Assembly: GCA_030141605.1 (NCBI GenBank)
Contig: JAQGDQ010000878.1
Coordinates: 1-64,000 of the forward strand
Direction of reading: 5' to 3'
Origin: Tubiluchus corallicola
Taxonomy: Eukaryota > Animalia > Priapulida
Length of the DNA: 64,000 bases
Position 1 is the stretch's first letter; every line of letters begins with the position of its first letter. The notes below the pieces were generated by a model that was given only the letters and a program-made list of their open reading frames with translations, did not search any database and was not told where the DNA came from. The position numbers and the translations under genes were made by a program. Shown piece after piece: positions 27,039-39,586 of the stretch.

Positions 27039-30000
27039 ATATAAATGAGTGTGATACTAACACAGATAGCTGCCATGCAGATGCCACATGTACGAACACA
27101 GTAAGCAGCTTTACATGTGCATGCAATACTGGATACGAGGGAACAGGTGTAACTTGCACAGGTATTTTAATTGTTTATTCTTACATATCCGTCTGGTGTC
27201 CTTACAAAAAATATGATAGAAAATATGTATATATCTGAAGGGCGACCAGCTGAGCATAATGATGTCGCAGTTTGCTGAGCTTCATGTCTGCAAAGCATGT
27301 TGCTGCACTAAATTACTTCCCGTAATTTACAATGACAAAATAAACAATATTTCTCTGTTTTGCCAGATATAAATGAGTGTGATACTAACACAGATAGCTG
27401 CCATGCAGATGCCACATGTACGAACACAGTAAGCAGCTTTACATGTGCATGCAATACTGGATACGAGGGAACAGGTGTAATTTGCACAGGTATTTTAATT
27501 GTGTTTATTTTTACATATTCATCTAGCGTCCTTACAAAAAATATGATAGAAAATATGTATATATCTGAAAGGCAACCAGCTGAGCATAATGATGTCGCAG
27601 TTTGCTGAGCTTCATATCTGCAAAGCATGTTGCTGCATTGAATTCCTTCTAGTAATTTACAATGACAAAATAAACAATATTTCTCTGTTTTGGCAGATAT
27701 AAATGAGTGTGATACAAACACAGATAGCTGCCATGCAGATGCCACATGTACGAACACAGTAAGCAGCTTTACATGTGAATGCAATACTGGATACGAGGGA
27801 ACAGGTGTAATTTGCACAGGTATTTTAATTGTGTTTATTTTTACATATTCATCTAGCGTCCTTACAAAAAATATGATAGAAAATATGTATATATCTGAAA
27901 GGCAACCAGCTGAGCATAATGATGTCGCAGTTTGCTGAGCTTCATATCTGCAAAGCATGTTGCTGCATTGAATTCCTTCTAGTAATTTACAATGACAAAA
28001 TAAATAATAATTATTTCTCTGTTTTGCCAGATATAAATGAGTGTGATACTAACACAGATAGTTGCCATGCAGATGCCACATGTACGAACACAGTAAGCAG
28101 CTTTACATGTGCATGCAATACTGGATACGAGGGAACAGGTGTAACTTGCACAGGTATCTTAATTGTTTATTCTTACATATCCGTCTGGTGTCCTTACAAA
28201 AAATATGATAGAAAGTATGTATATATCTGAAGGGCGACCAGCTGAGCATAATGATGTTACAGTTTGCTGAGCTTCATATCTGCAAAGCATGTTGCTGCAC
28301 TAAATTACTTCCCGTAATTTACAAGAACAAAATTAATCATTATTATTTCTCTGTTTTGCCAGATATAAATGAGTGTGATACTAACACAGATAGTTGCCAT
28401 GCAGATGCCACATGTACGAACACAGTAAGCAGCTTTACATGTGCATGCAATACTGGATACGAGGGAACAGGTGTAATTTGCACAGGTATTTTAATTGTGT
28501 TTATTTTTACATATTCATCTAGCGTCCTTACAAAAAATATGATAGAAAATATGTATATATCTGAAAGGCAACCAGCTGAGCATAATGATGTTACAGTTTG
28601 CTGAGCATCATGTCTGCAAAGCATGTTGCTGCATTGCATTCCTTCTAGTAATTTACAATGACAAAATAAATAATATTTCTCTGTTTTGCCAGATATAAAT
28701 GAGTGTGATACTAACACAGATAGCTGCCATGCAGATGCCACATGTACGAACACAGTAAGCAGCTTTACATGTGAATGCAATACTGGATACGAGGGAACAG
28801 GTGTAACTTGCACAGGTATTTTAATTGTTTATTTTTACATATCCGTCTGGTGTCCTTACAAAAAATATGATAGAAAATATGTATATATCTGAAAGGCAAC
28901 CAGCTGAGCATAATGATGTCGCAGTTTGCTGAGCTTCATATCTGCAAAGCATGTTGCTGCATTGAATTCCTTCTAGTAATTTACAATGACAAAATAAATA
29001 ATAATTATTTCTCTGTTTTGCCAGATATAAATGAGTGTGATACTAACACAGATAGCTGCCATGCAGATGCCACATGTACGAACACAGTAAGCAGCTTTAC
29101 ATGTGAATGCAATACTGGATACGAGGGAACAGGTGTAACTTGCACAGGTATCTTAATTGTTTATTCTTACATATCCGTCTGGTGTCCTTACAAAAAATAT
29201 GATAGAAAGTATGTATATATCTGAAGGGCGACCAGCTGAGCATAATGATGTTACAGTTTGCTGAGCTTCATATCGGCAAAGCATGTTGCTGCATTGAATT
29301 CCTTCTAGTAATTTACAATGACAAAATAAACAATATTTCTCTGTTTTGCCAGATATAAATGAGTGTGATACTAACACAGATAGTTGCCATGCAGATGCCA
29401 CATGTACGAACACAGTAAGCAGCTTTACATGTGCATGCAATACTGGATACGAGGGAACAGGTGTAATTTGCACAGGTATTTTAATTGTGTTTATTTTTAC
29501 ATATTCATCTAGCGTCCTTACAAAAAATATGATAGAAAATATGTATATATCTGAAAGGCAACCAGCTGAGCATAATGATGTTGCAGTTTGCTGAGCTTCA
29601 TATCTGCAAAGCATGTTGCTGCATTGAATTCCTTCTAGTAATTTACAATGACAAAATAAATAATAATTATTTCTCTGTTTTGCCAGATATAAATGAGTGT
29701 GATACTAACACAGATAGCTGCCATGCAGATGCCACATGTACGAACACAGTAAGCAGCTTTACATGTGAATGCAATACTGGATACGAGGGAACAGGTGTAA
29801 CTTGCACAGGTATTTTAATTGTTTATTCTTACATATTCATCTAGCGTCCTTACAAAAAATATGATAGAAAGTATGTATATATCTGAAAGGCAACCAGCTG
29901 AGCATAATGATGTCACAGTTTGCTGTGCTTCATATCTGCAAAGCATGTTGCTGCATTGAATTCCTTCTAGTAATTTACAATGACAAAATAAACAATATTT

Positions 30001-30799
30001 CTCTGTTTTGCCAGATATAAATGAGTGTGATACTAACACAGATAGTTGCCATGCAGATGCCACATGTACGAACACAGTAAGCAGCTTTACATGTGCATGC
30101 AATACTGGATACGAGGGAACAGGTGTAACTTGCACAGGTATTTTAATTGTTTATTTTTACATATTCATCTAGCGTCCTTACAAAAAATATGATAGAAAAT
30201 ATGTATATATCTGAAGGGCAACCAGCTGAGCATAATGATGTTACAGTTTGCTGAGCTTCATGTCTGCAAAGCATGTTGCTGCATTGAATTCCTTCTAGTA
30301 ATTTACAATGACAAAATAAATAATATTTCTCTGTTTTGCCAGATATAAATGAGTGTGATACTAACACAGATAGTTGCCATGCAGATGCCACATGTACGAA
30401 CACAGTAAGCAGCTTTACATGTGCATGCAATACTGGATACGAGGGAACAGGTGTAATTTGCACAGGTATTTTAATTGTGTTTATTTTTACATATTCATCT
30501 AGCGTCCTTACAAAAAATATGATAGAAAATATGTATATATCTGAAAGGCAACCAGCTGAGCATAATGATGTCGCAGTTTGCTGAGCTTCATATCTGCAAA
30601 GCATGTTGCTGCATTGAATTATTTCCAGTAATTTACAATGACAAAATTAATCATTATTATTTCTTTGTTTTGTCAGATATAAATGAGTGTGTTACTAACA
30701 CAGATAGTTGCCACGCAGATGCCACATGTACGAATAAAGTAAGCAGCTTTACATGTGCATGCAATACTGGATATGAGGGAACAGGTGTAACTTGCACAG
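27039..30799 (+). CDS. Tandem array 2: 12 EGF_CA exons (123 nt, phase 1-1) in ~328-334 bp units
   Basis: Exon starts 27039, 27367, 27697, 28031, 28363, 28693, 29025, 29353, 29687, 30015, 30343, 30677; same unit as array 1. Confidence 0.9.
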
Positions 30800-31456
30800 G
30801 TATTTTAATTGTTTACTTTTACATATCCGTCTAGTGTCCTTACAGGTGTTTTTTAAACTAAAAAATCAAATTAAGCAAAATGTAACATTTTCCCCTCATC
30901 CTGCTTTCAGGGCTGTTATTTAGGAAGTATTTCTCTTACTCACGCAAATGACACACTTCAGTTATGATTCTGATTATAATAAATGAGTCAGCAGAAGCAA
31001 GCAGAAGCTCTCAAACAGGCACACCAATGTGGAGTTTAACTAAAACTAAGAACAAAAAAATGACGTATCTTGTAGTTCGTGTTCAGCTTAGATGCATCTG
31101 CAAGTACGTGTGGTATTATAGGGTATTTTGGGTCTACCACATGCAGTCTTCAATGTATTTTATTTTTAAAAATTTAAAATCTTTGCAGCCTTTTGTGTCA
31201 TGAGTTGTAGTTGATAAAAACAAAAAGTCTTTTCTTTAAATAATCATGATAATACTATATTAGAATGAAATTCTAAAACTGCATAAAAACTGCTGCATAG
31301 CCCTTCAACATAAAGGTACTTGCACATGAAAAAGTGATCACAGCGAGTTTCAGTCTGAATGTAAAAGGTATGTTCTATAGAAAAATTACATACAGATGCC
31401 AGCACGGAATTATGCCTCCAGTGTTAATAATTTGAAATTCAACAATTATATTTTAG

Positions 31457-31579
31457 ACATAGATGAATGTGGCAACGAAGTAGATAACTGCCACAGTGAC
31501 GCCACCTGTACAAACATCTTCGGCAGCTTCACCTGTGAGTGCAACCTTGGTTATGCGGGAGAGGGTGTAATTTGTTCAG
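31457..31579 (+). CDS. Divergent EGF_CA exon (phase 1-1)
   Basis: AG|DIDECGNEVDNCHSDATCTNIFGSFTCECNLGYAGEGVICSG|GTAAT. Confidence 0.88.
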
Positions 31580-31946
31580 GTAATACTGCCTAGTAAAGTT
31601 TTTCTGTGTTGAGATTCAACATTTCAAAAATATATCTGTCATCTGGGAACATTCCACTGATTGTCTCATCTCTGATCAATTAGCAGCCACATTAATGAAA
31701 CACCAATTAGCAGCCACACTAATGTTTTTGCCTAAGCAAACCCCATTTCGAATCCCATTGTCATTTTTATTTTGTTATTGTTACTGTTGTTGGTGCTGTC
31801 ATTGTTGCTGATAATGTTGCACCATATACACCATTGTTCTTGAGCTTGGATTAGGTATGTCACTTGCAGATTCAATGGAATAAGTAAAACAAGGACAAGC
31901 TCTCGCGAACAGCTAACCTAATAGCGGTCAAGTCAGCCTTCATTAA

Positions 31947-32384
31947 CCCTTTCATACCCGTTGTATCCCGTGGGATACGAGAATATTTTCTGCCTTTAAA
32001 ATTAATAAAATTTTAAAACTGACAGTTATTTGATCTGTTAATAATTATTTTGATTTAAGCCAATAACAATAGACTAAAACTGGTGATAAAATGGCAAACT
32101 AGAAAATCTACATAGCATAAAAAACTGCGCAAGGTACAGTACTTTAGAGATGACTTTGTACAGATCAGCATAGCGTGCATACTAAATGTCTTAAATACTT
32201 TAAAAAATTATCAGCAGTTGCAAAATGAAGCACATTTTTTGCTTTTGTTGTGTTTTTAAAAAGTCGGACTTTGTTTTTTTGCACATGACAAAGAATGTTG
32301 CGTATCCCACAGGATACATTGGGAACAAAAGTACCAAGCCAAAAAATTGTTTCTTATTAAAAAAATAATTTGGGAGTGAACGGG
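31947..32384. mobile_element. piggyBac-type MITE
   Basis: TTAA|CCCTTTCATACCC ... GGGAGTGAACGGG|TTAA; internal inverted repeat TGTATCCCGTGGGATACG / CGTATCCCACAGGATACA. Confidence 0.8.
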
Positions 32385-32917
32385 TTAAGAAAGACTGACT
32401 ATTGAGATTGGTTACATTACAGGACCAGTATTACTACTTGTGCAGATATCTCTGTGCTGGTAGAAAAACGTACCATCGTAGAATATTTGGGCCGATGTAG
32501 TCACAGAAGTAAAGTTTCTAAATAAAAAAACGAGAATTGCTAGTATACGAACTATTCCATGCTGTATTAATTTCTAATTGCGTAGATGAATTTACGTTTC
32601 TTCAAATGGAATAACAAGAACGTCTGTGTGTGGCCAGACATAATTAAAATATCTCGTACATTTTTTGCAAGAAAATGCTTCTGCGCATAGAGTCGATGCT
32701 TAAGCATAGACATTTGTTAGTGTTTAATTAAAAAAAGATTAAAATTTTCACTGTTTTGTCATCACAAGTGGATGTTTCAGATTTGCATGACAGATGAACA
32801 AAAACTGCCAGTTCCAGTATTCAACAGTATTCAACCAGTTTCAATGACACAACAAACAGCCAATGAAATTAAATTTAACAAGAAACCGACGTACAAAATT
32901 TTCACTCATTTTTCCAG

Positions 32918-33043
32918 ATGTAGACGAATGTGGTACAAATATGGATAACTGTGCAGAACTAACAGCAACATGTGATAACTTTCCTGGAAGTTTCAGCTGT
33001 ACTTGCATACAGCATTACTACGGAGACGGCATAGTGTGCGAAC
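32918..33043 (+). CDS. Divergent EGF_CA exon (126 nt, phase 1-1); last recognisable exon of the SMB-EGF locus
   Basis: AG|[43 protein letters not shown]|GTAAGT. Confidence 0.88.
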
Positions 33044-33888
33044 GTAAGTATTTTTGTTGCAAATAGCCGCAGTTTTTTCAACGGTAATCTTCCACGCGGA
33101 TGTTCCACAAACCAGGTCCAAGGGTTAGTTTTGCATATGAATTGGCTGCTTCCTCAAGTACGCATCAGGAAAGGTATTAAATTAACAAACTCGGCCTGAG
33201 TAAAATTAAAAACATCTTTTCTAGGAAACAAATTTTGCCAGGAGCTAAGAATTTGAACAGCTTTTCCAATGTATTTGAACCACCTATCCTCAGAGCCGCA
33301 GCATACACGAGAACGTAACTTATTATACTCACAAACTGCATTTGTGAGTACTTGAATGAGGAAGAAAAATTATAAACAAACTTGGTCGTTACAGAGAAAA
33401 ACAAAAACCCTTAAATTAAATTTTTATATACGAAAATTGAAAAATATACAATAAATCATGCTGCAGCAGCCTCCCGTATCAAAACTTTTCTCAATGTCCA
33501 GAATTTCACCGTAAAGCACAGGTCCCAACTCATGCCTTCTGCAAGTAGACTTAAAAGGTGCGGTAATACATCTTCAGCTGCATGTTTCAGGACAACTGCT
33601 TAAAACATTTGAGGTCGTCGGACCAAAACTCAATGGACAAACAGGCATAATGGATACCATAATCCGAAGAAGCAAGATAAACTGTCAAGCTGACTGCAGC
33701 CGAGATTCACAATGTCAAGCGTTTAGTTTCAATTCAGAAACATTAGAATGTGAGATATACTCAGGTACCAGATCAGGCGGAGACATTGATTCTCCGTTAA
33801 CTGATTGGCAATATTACGAGCTAAAATAGGAGGTTGTAGAGCATAATTATCTTTATATAAGAAGTGATAAAGCGTATTGTGATAATAA

Positions 33889-34513
33889 TGCATTGTGAAT
33901 GAATTTAAGATTTAAAGTTAATATATAGTTTAATAAAGAGCTCTATATTCAATAACCAGTGTGCCTTTATCTACTGTTATAGAAGCATTGTTGCTGTTTT
34001 AAAAAAAATTATTTTAGTTGATATTACATGGGTGCCTTAATTTTATTAAACTGTACTACCTTGAAAAGCTCACAAAATAGTCAATATTTTTTTTTCATTT
34101 TTTAGTATGAAAGGAAAGTATGTATGCTTACTGGCTGTAGCTTGTTTGGTTATCTGATCATCTGCTAGTTGGTTTATTATGTCCTGGTTGCTTTCTTGTT
34201 TCTTTGTATAACGATGCATTGTGAATGAATTCAAGATTTAAAGTTTATATTTAGTTTAATAAAGAGCTCTATCTTGAATAACCAGTTTGCATTGATCTAC
34301 TATTATAGAAGTATTGTTGCAGTTTTAAAAAAATTATTTTAGTTGATATTACATGGGTGCCTTAATTTTATTATACTGTACTACCTTGAAAAGCTCACAA
34401 AATAGTCAATATTTTTTTTTTCATTTTTTTACTATGAAAGGAAAGTATGTATGGTTACTGGCTGTAGTTTGCTTGGTTATTTGATCGTCTGCTAGTTGGT
34501 TTATTATGTCCTG
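33889..34513. repeat. Two-copy direct duplication (~326 bp period)
   Basis: TGCATTGTGAATGAATT...GGTTTATTATGTCCTGG occurs at ~33889 and ~34215. Confidence 0.9.
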
Positions 34514-35775
34514 GGTCTTTGACAGTTGTTGCTTCTTTGTCTGACTACCTGCCACTTAGTCTGTCTGCTAGATGGTCGGTTGAAAGACTGGCTGATTGGT
34601 CGGCCATCAACCAGTGAAAAATTCTACTGGTGGGTATGGAAGGGAATTGGTTGATTGTTGCTTGACATGAAATCTGTGAATGGTACGATATCTCACATTT
34701 CTATATTCCTCGAAGAAGAATGGCTCTAATAGAAAGTTGAGGATCTATTTACAAATTTCGGCACACAAGGAGGAAAGGTGACTAGCCCATTGCTCGGCCG
34801 CCTCTCTTCCCAGTAGAAAACCAAGGATACTCAGTTAAGGATGAGTAAGCCGAAGAAGGAAGCCAAAATGTACAGTTCAAGTGGGAAATGGCTGAAAATA
34901 ACATGAGAGAGAGAGTTGAATCCAGACCTTGTGGATTGGTAGCTAAGTGCCAAGTATGTCTGCAGTCGCACATGAGAGTACTATGATGTGTAAGAAAATG
35001 AAGAAATACAGTAGGGGTAGTGACATGGTAAATAAAATTTTTGGATAGAATGCATGTTGGTTTACATAAAAGCATCGAAAAAATATTTTGCATAGGCACC
35101 AACTAATGACCATGAATCATCCAACTTAATAAATCTGTCACTTTTCTCGCTGTTACCTCTTGTTTTTTTCTTTTGCATTTCACTTTATTTTTTAGTTTAG
35201 GGATTTTAACTGTCATTACTCAATTTTGCCTTTAAGAAAACACATCTGTATGATAATATAATACGACCTTTTTTTGTAAAATTCAGTTAAACTGCTTTGC
35301 AGCAGTGACGGATCAGTGACAGTTTAAAAAAGGAGATCGGAGGATAAGAACGGATAAGCGACAGTTTAACCAACTATACGCAGCGTCGCTGTTATTGTTT
35401 AACTGTGGCACCACATAACTGCTTACCAGTTCTTGGCTCGTCACACAGCGCAGACTGCGGCACATCATAAAATCATGGTACAGACAACAGTAAAAATTAT
35501 ACTATAAATTTTTCTAATCAGTGAACTTACGTTTTAAAGAATCAAGCAGGCAAAATCACTGTAGGAACTGGTCACTGTGTCATGTACCTTCTGTAAAAGT
35601 AGAGAAACAATCCACAATTAATAAGCAATATAATTGACGTGACTATTAATTCAAACATATAAACTATTAATTGTACACATCATGTACACCGTACGTAATT
35701 TAACCATGTAAACTATGTATACTGGCAACTCAATTTTCATATTTTGAGTCATCTCTCAAAACGTTTCAACATATC

Positions 35776-36032
35776 AAAATCGTAATTACATATTAAAACA
35801 TCCTTATGTTTCCTTGCTATTATTACATCATTTACTTTACTACATCAATTTCATTAAGTCGTCTACAAAAGCACACATAACTTTAATAATTTTTTAATTT
35901 TTATTTAAGTAAGGTGAGTGTGTTAATGACCGTATGGTCGTACACTCACTTCACACTACTCAAATCATTTTATTTATTGTTTATTTATGTGTACAATATT
36001 GTATTTTGACGTGTGAAATAAAATTCATAGTT
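35776..36032 (+). repeat. Dispersed repeat (probable retroelement 3' end); second copy at ~47920-48197
   Basis: Shared CAAAATCGTAATTACATATTA...TAAGTAAGGTGAGT..ATGGTCGTA.ACTCAC...GTGTGAAATAAAATTCATAGTT. Confidence 0.75.
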
Positions 36033-38051
36033 TCTATATCAGACGCTTGCCTACCCTTCCCTTGCAAAGGGAATTCAAGCTAGCTTAAAGTCCTGGGATG
36101 AATATGACAATGGCTTAATTAACTCATCATTGTCCACTGACCAGAACCCATTGACCCAAGGTCAAACGTCACTCAACTGCTGTTGTATGCTACCTTATCT
36201 CAGAATACCTACATGCAAGTAATTATGGTTTAGCCACAATTTGTATGAAGTCACCAATTTGGGTCCCTTGCAGCCCAACTCACTGGAAGAAATTAACCAA
36301 TGTTTGCCTGTTAGATCTCTATTGACAAGCCAAATTTTGAAAATCTCCCATAAATGAAAACATCAGGAAGAGGTGCCTGTTTTGAGTTTTTCTTTTTGGA
36401 CAGCTATTTTTGACTAGAAATTAAACGAAAAAAAGTGTAAAGAAAATTGTAATAGTTCCCTTTTTAGTTAACATCTACGGATTTACATCGACTGTCCGAT
36501 CGCTTTCCTGCACGTTGCTCTCTTTTTCTGCCAATAGGTGTCAGGACGCACTCAAAGAGGAAGTCGGCGTCAACTCGCTCAAAGCCTCAAACGACCGATT
36601 AGTCAGCGGAAAGTGAAGCAGTAAAACGAACTTCGTACTTACACTCAGATTATAAATGTACTAGTAGATTTATCGACTTATGTATGTTCGCGCACAGTCT
36701 TTAACGAGACAACAGTTGTCTTACCATCCGTGTGTGTTGATTGACCCCAACAAGACTTATGAAACAAGTTAATATTTTTTTAAGACGCTAATTTGACCTA
36801 TTTACGGGTTTAGCGTTTAGTTGTCCTACAAAAGTTCCAGTACTAGTATTTGGTAAGTGCATATTTTTTAGATAATTAATTAGACTAAATGTGCCCAAAA
36901 CAACATACGGAAAAATTGTGTTAATAGACTGTTATTATCGATTTCCGCGGCGATTGTATAACTTAATATTCTGCTCAGACGCCTATTGATATTTTCAATG
37001 AGGCGCCTAAAATATGCATTTCAAGGCCAGACAGACTGACAAAGACAGGAAGCTAACCAGAAGTTAACGTACTAAAAAGGATGTTTAGCTAGCAAGCAGT
37101 GTGATATAAGAAAAGCTCATAAATACCCTATGATGCAAACTAAGGTTGTCCATAGGCAAACATGTGCAAAGTGTTGCACCAGATAAAAATCCAAAAATAA
37201 AACACAAAACTTATGCCAACTTATTAGTGACTGTAAGCCAACCATATTCCACATCAGCAATAATATATGGAGGGCTGCTTCAAGTAGTTGTAGCTTATTT
37301 GACTAGCAAATTGCTGGAACAGTTTCAAGGCTTAACTACTTAGGACCAACTGAAATATCTTTGATTCAAAAGTTGACTATAAAAATACATGGAAAATCAT
37401 TAGTGTTAAATTTAGTACTAGATTCCTAGTAGCTAGACAAACTAAAGTAAGCTAATGAAGTTTGAAACACAACTTAAATACAATGAATAATGTGTTGCCA
37501 TATTATTGCAATAGGTGAGTCAAATAAAGCTCATGTGAGACTCCTGAAATGCTAAGTGCTGTATTTGAATTGTGTTGTGGTTAGAAGTAATGGTAACGGA
37601 AACCAAGTGATTTTGCAAACTTTGAAGCTGTGGAGTGCGTGAGAAGTGAAATTTGATGCGTGTGTGAAAGATTCAAAATCCGTGTGGCACACGCCGAATG
37701 CGTGAGATTTGGCAGGTTTGGTTTTACCATCTTTATAAACCGAGTGCTCCCAGCTGCTAATCATCTCACAAAATTTTATGTTTATATATGTTGCTGTATT
37801 TCAGTTCCCTGAACTAGAAGACCCTACAAGACTATAAATACAACTGTAGCAATAAAACAGTATCGGCAAAAAAATTAATAGGCCCATCATATCTGAAATT
37901 AGTCATTTTTATGGATATGATCTTATGAAAACTAAAACACTCAATTATTTGATTATAATGTTTCCAAAATATTCGCTAATTATTAATAGATATAGTGGGT
38001 TATGTTTTATAATACTATTCTAGAAAATAATACCTGACTGTTAAACTAATG

Positions 38052-38336
38052 ATATATATAATAATCTTTATTTGCCATTAAAATACATTGATAATCACTG
38101 ATAAAAACTTTACAGAGATGATTAATCACTGTTAGTTAATAAAAACTTACACTGCTAAAGGCAAATGCGTCAGTGCAATCTAAACTACTGTACAGTAATG
38201 GAAAGTAACGACGAATAAAATCAAACATATTTACAACTATGCACAAAAAATGAAAAAACTATGATTTAATTAATATGGCCGTGAATATATGAATTCTGAA
38301 TTAGTGTGTATGTTGTCGTACTGGTGTGATGGTATA
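38052..38336 (-). mobile_element. 5'-truncated CR1/L2-like 3' end in the endophilin 5' intron
   Basis: Reverse complement of ~22330-22615. Confidence 0.8.
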
Positions 38337-38407
38337 TAGGCACTGTTGTGACTGCTATTATTTGCACAAGATTAAACTATTTCATACATTTACTTTTTCA
38401 GATCAAG

Positions 38408-39586
38408 ATGTCGTTTGCTGGTCTCAAGAAACAGTTTAACAAAGCTAATCAGTACATGAATGAAAAAATTGGTGGAGCAGAAGGCACAAAACTCGACGAT
38501 GACTTCCTCGAAATGGAGAGAAAAACTGACGTAATGACAGACCTGGTAGAAGACTTGCAGACTAAGACTAGGGAATATCTTCAACCAAATCCTGCTTCAC
38601 GTGCCAAGATGCTCACTGCAAATACTGTCTCAAGAATTCGTGGTCAGGTTCAAAAGATGCCATATCCACAACCGGAAGGTAACCTCGGTGACGTCATGAT
38701 AAAGTATGGCAAAGAACTAGGAAATAATTCTGACTTCGGAAGTGCGCTACTAGAATCCGGTGATGCTTTTAAGCAGCTATCTGATATCAAATATGCTCTA
38801 GAGGACAACGTGCGACAAAATTTTCTGGAACCACTCATGCAACTACAGCAAAAAGACCTGAAAGAGGTTAATCACCACAGGAAAAAGTTGTCTGGAAGGA
38901 GACTCGACTACGACTGCAAGAGGCGCAAGAAAGAGAAAGAAGGCTCCAAAATATCGGATGACGAACTCAGATTGTCGGAGGAAAAATTTGAGGAGTCGTG
39001 GAATCTTGCAGAAGCAGCAATGGTCAACCTCTTGGAAAATGATATCGAGCAGATATCTCAGCTAACTGCTCTCATTCAGGCACAACTGGACTTCTTCCGA
39101 CAGTCAGCCGAAGTCTTGGAGGACTTGGTCGAAAAGATTGACAATCACAAAGAGAGTGCAGAAAATCGGCCCAAGAGAACGGCTTCCATACATAAGGTTC
39201 AACGCCGCAGTGTAAGCTCAACAAATTCCGATCCTTGGACGGACCACGCAGATTCTGGAAGCACGGGATCAAAATCGGGAAGCTACACCTTCAATGCCGA
39301 CCCGTGGGACCACACGAATAACCCTCCTCCAGTTTACAGCGCCAGTGTTACTCCTGCAGCAGCCGCCCGTCCCTCAAGCAAGCCGTGCTGCGAGGGTTTA
39401 TACGATTTTGAGCCGGAAAATGATGGTGAGCTAGAGTTCAGCGAAGGTGACATCATTGAACTTAAAGCGCAGATCGATGAGAACTGGTTCGAAGGAAGCG
39501 TTCGTGGAAAAACTGGATTCTTCCCGGTAAATTATGTTAAAGTGTTAACACCACTACCCACCTCACCGGGCACATTTTGCCCCTAA
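38408..39586 (+). CDS. EndoA: Endophilin-A (N-BAR + SH3), 392 aa, single coding exon
   Basis: MSFAGLKKQFNKANQYMNEKIGGAEGTKLDDDF (helix 0), EYLQPNPASRAK, KKLSGRRLDYD, C-terminal SH3 (LYDFEPENDGELEF..IDENWFEG..GFFPVNYV). Acceptor tttttcAG at 38400-38401 precedes the ATG, so the ORF-track start at 38348 is intronic. Confidence 0.96.
   Translation: MSFAGLKKQFNKANQYMNEKIGGAEGTKLDDDFLEMERKTDVMTDLVEDLQTKTREYLQPNPASRAKMLTANTVSRIRGQVQKMPYPQPEGNLGDVMIKYGKELGNNSDFGSALLESGDAFKQLSDIKYALEDNVRQNFLEPLMQLQQKDLKEVNHHRKKLSGRRLDYDCKRRKKEKEGSKISDDELRLSEEKFEESWNLAEAAMVNLLENDIEQISQLTALIQAQLDFFRQSAEVLEDLVEKIDNHKESAENRPKRTASIHKVQRRSVSSTNSDPWTDHADSGSTGSKSGSYTFNADPWDHTNNPPPVYSASVTPAAAARPSSKPCCEGLYDFEPENDGELEFSEGDIIELKAQIDENWFEGSVRGKTGFFPVNYVKVLTPLPTSPGTFCP

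Noticed and set aside
6491-30844. CRISPR-like or purely non-coding satellite reading of the ~330-bp arrays, and the many short ORFs on both strands
   Set aside because: No unique spacers or cas genes; the units are spliced EGF exons, and the ORFs are read-throughs into introns or antisense shadows.
33043-38408. EGF locus splicing into endophilin as a fusion
   Set aside because: The EGF donor is phase 1 while the endophilin acceptor is phase 0; the join hits a stop within about 12 codons.
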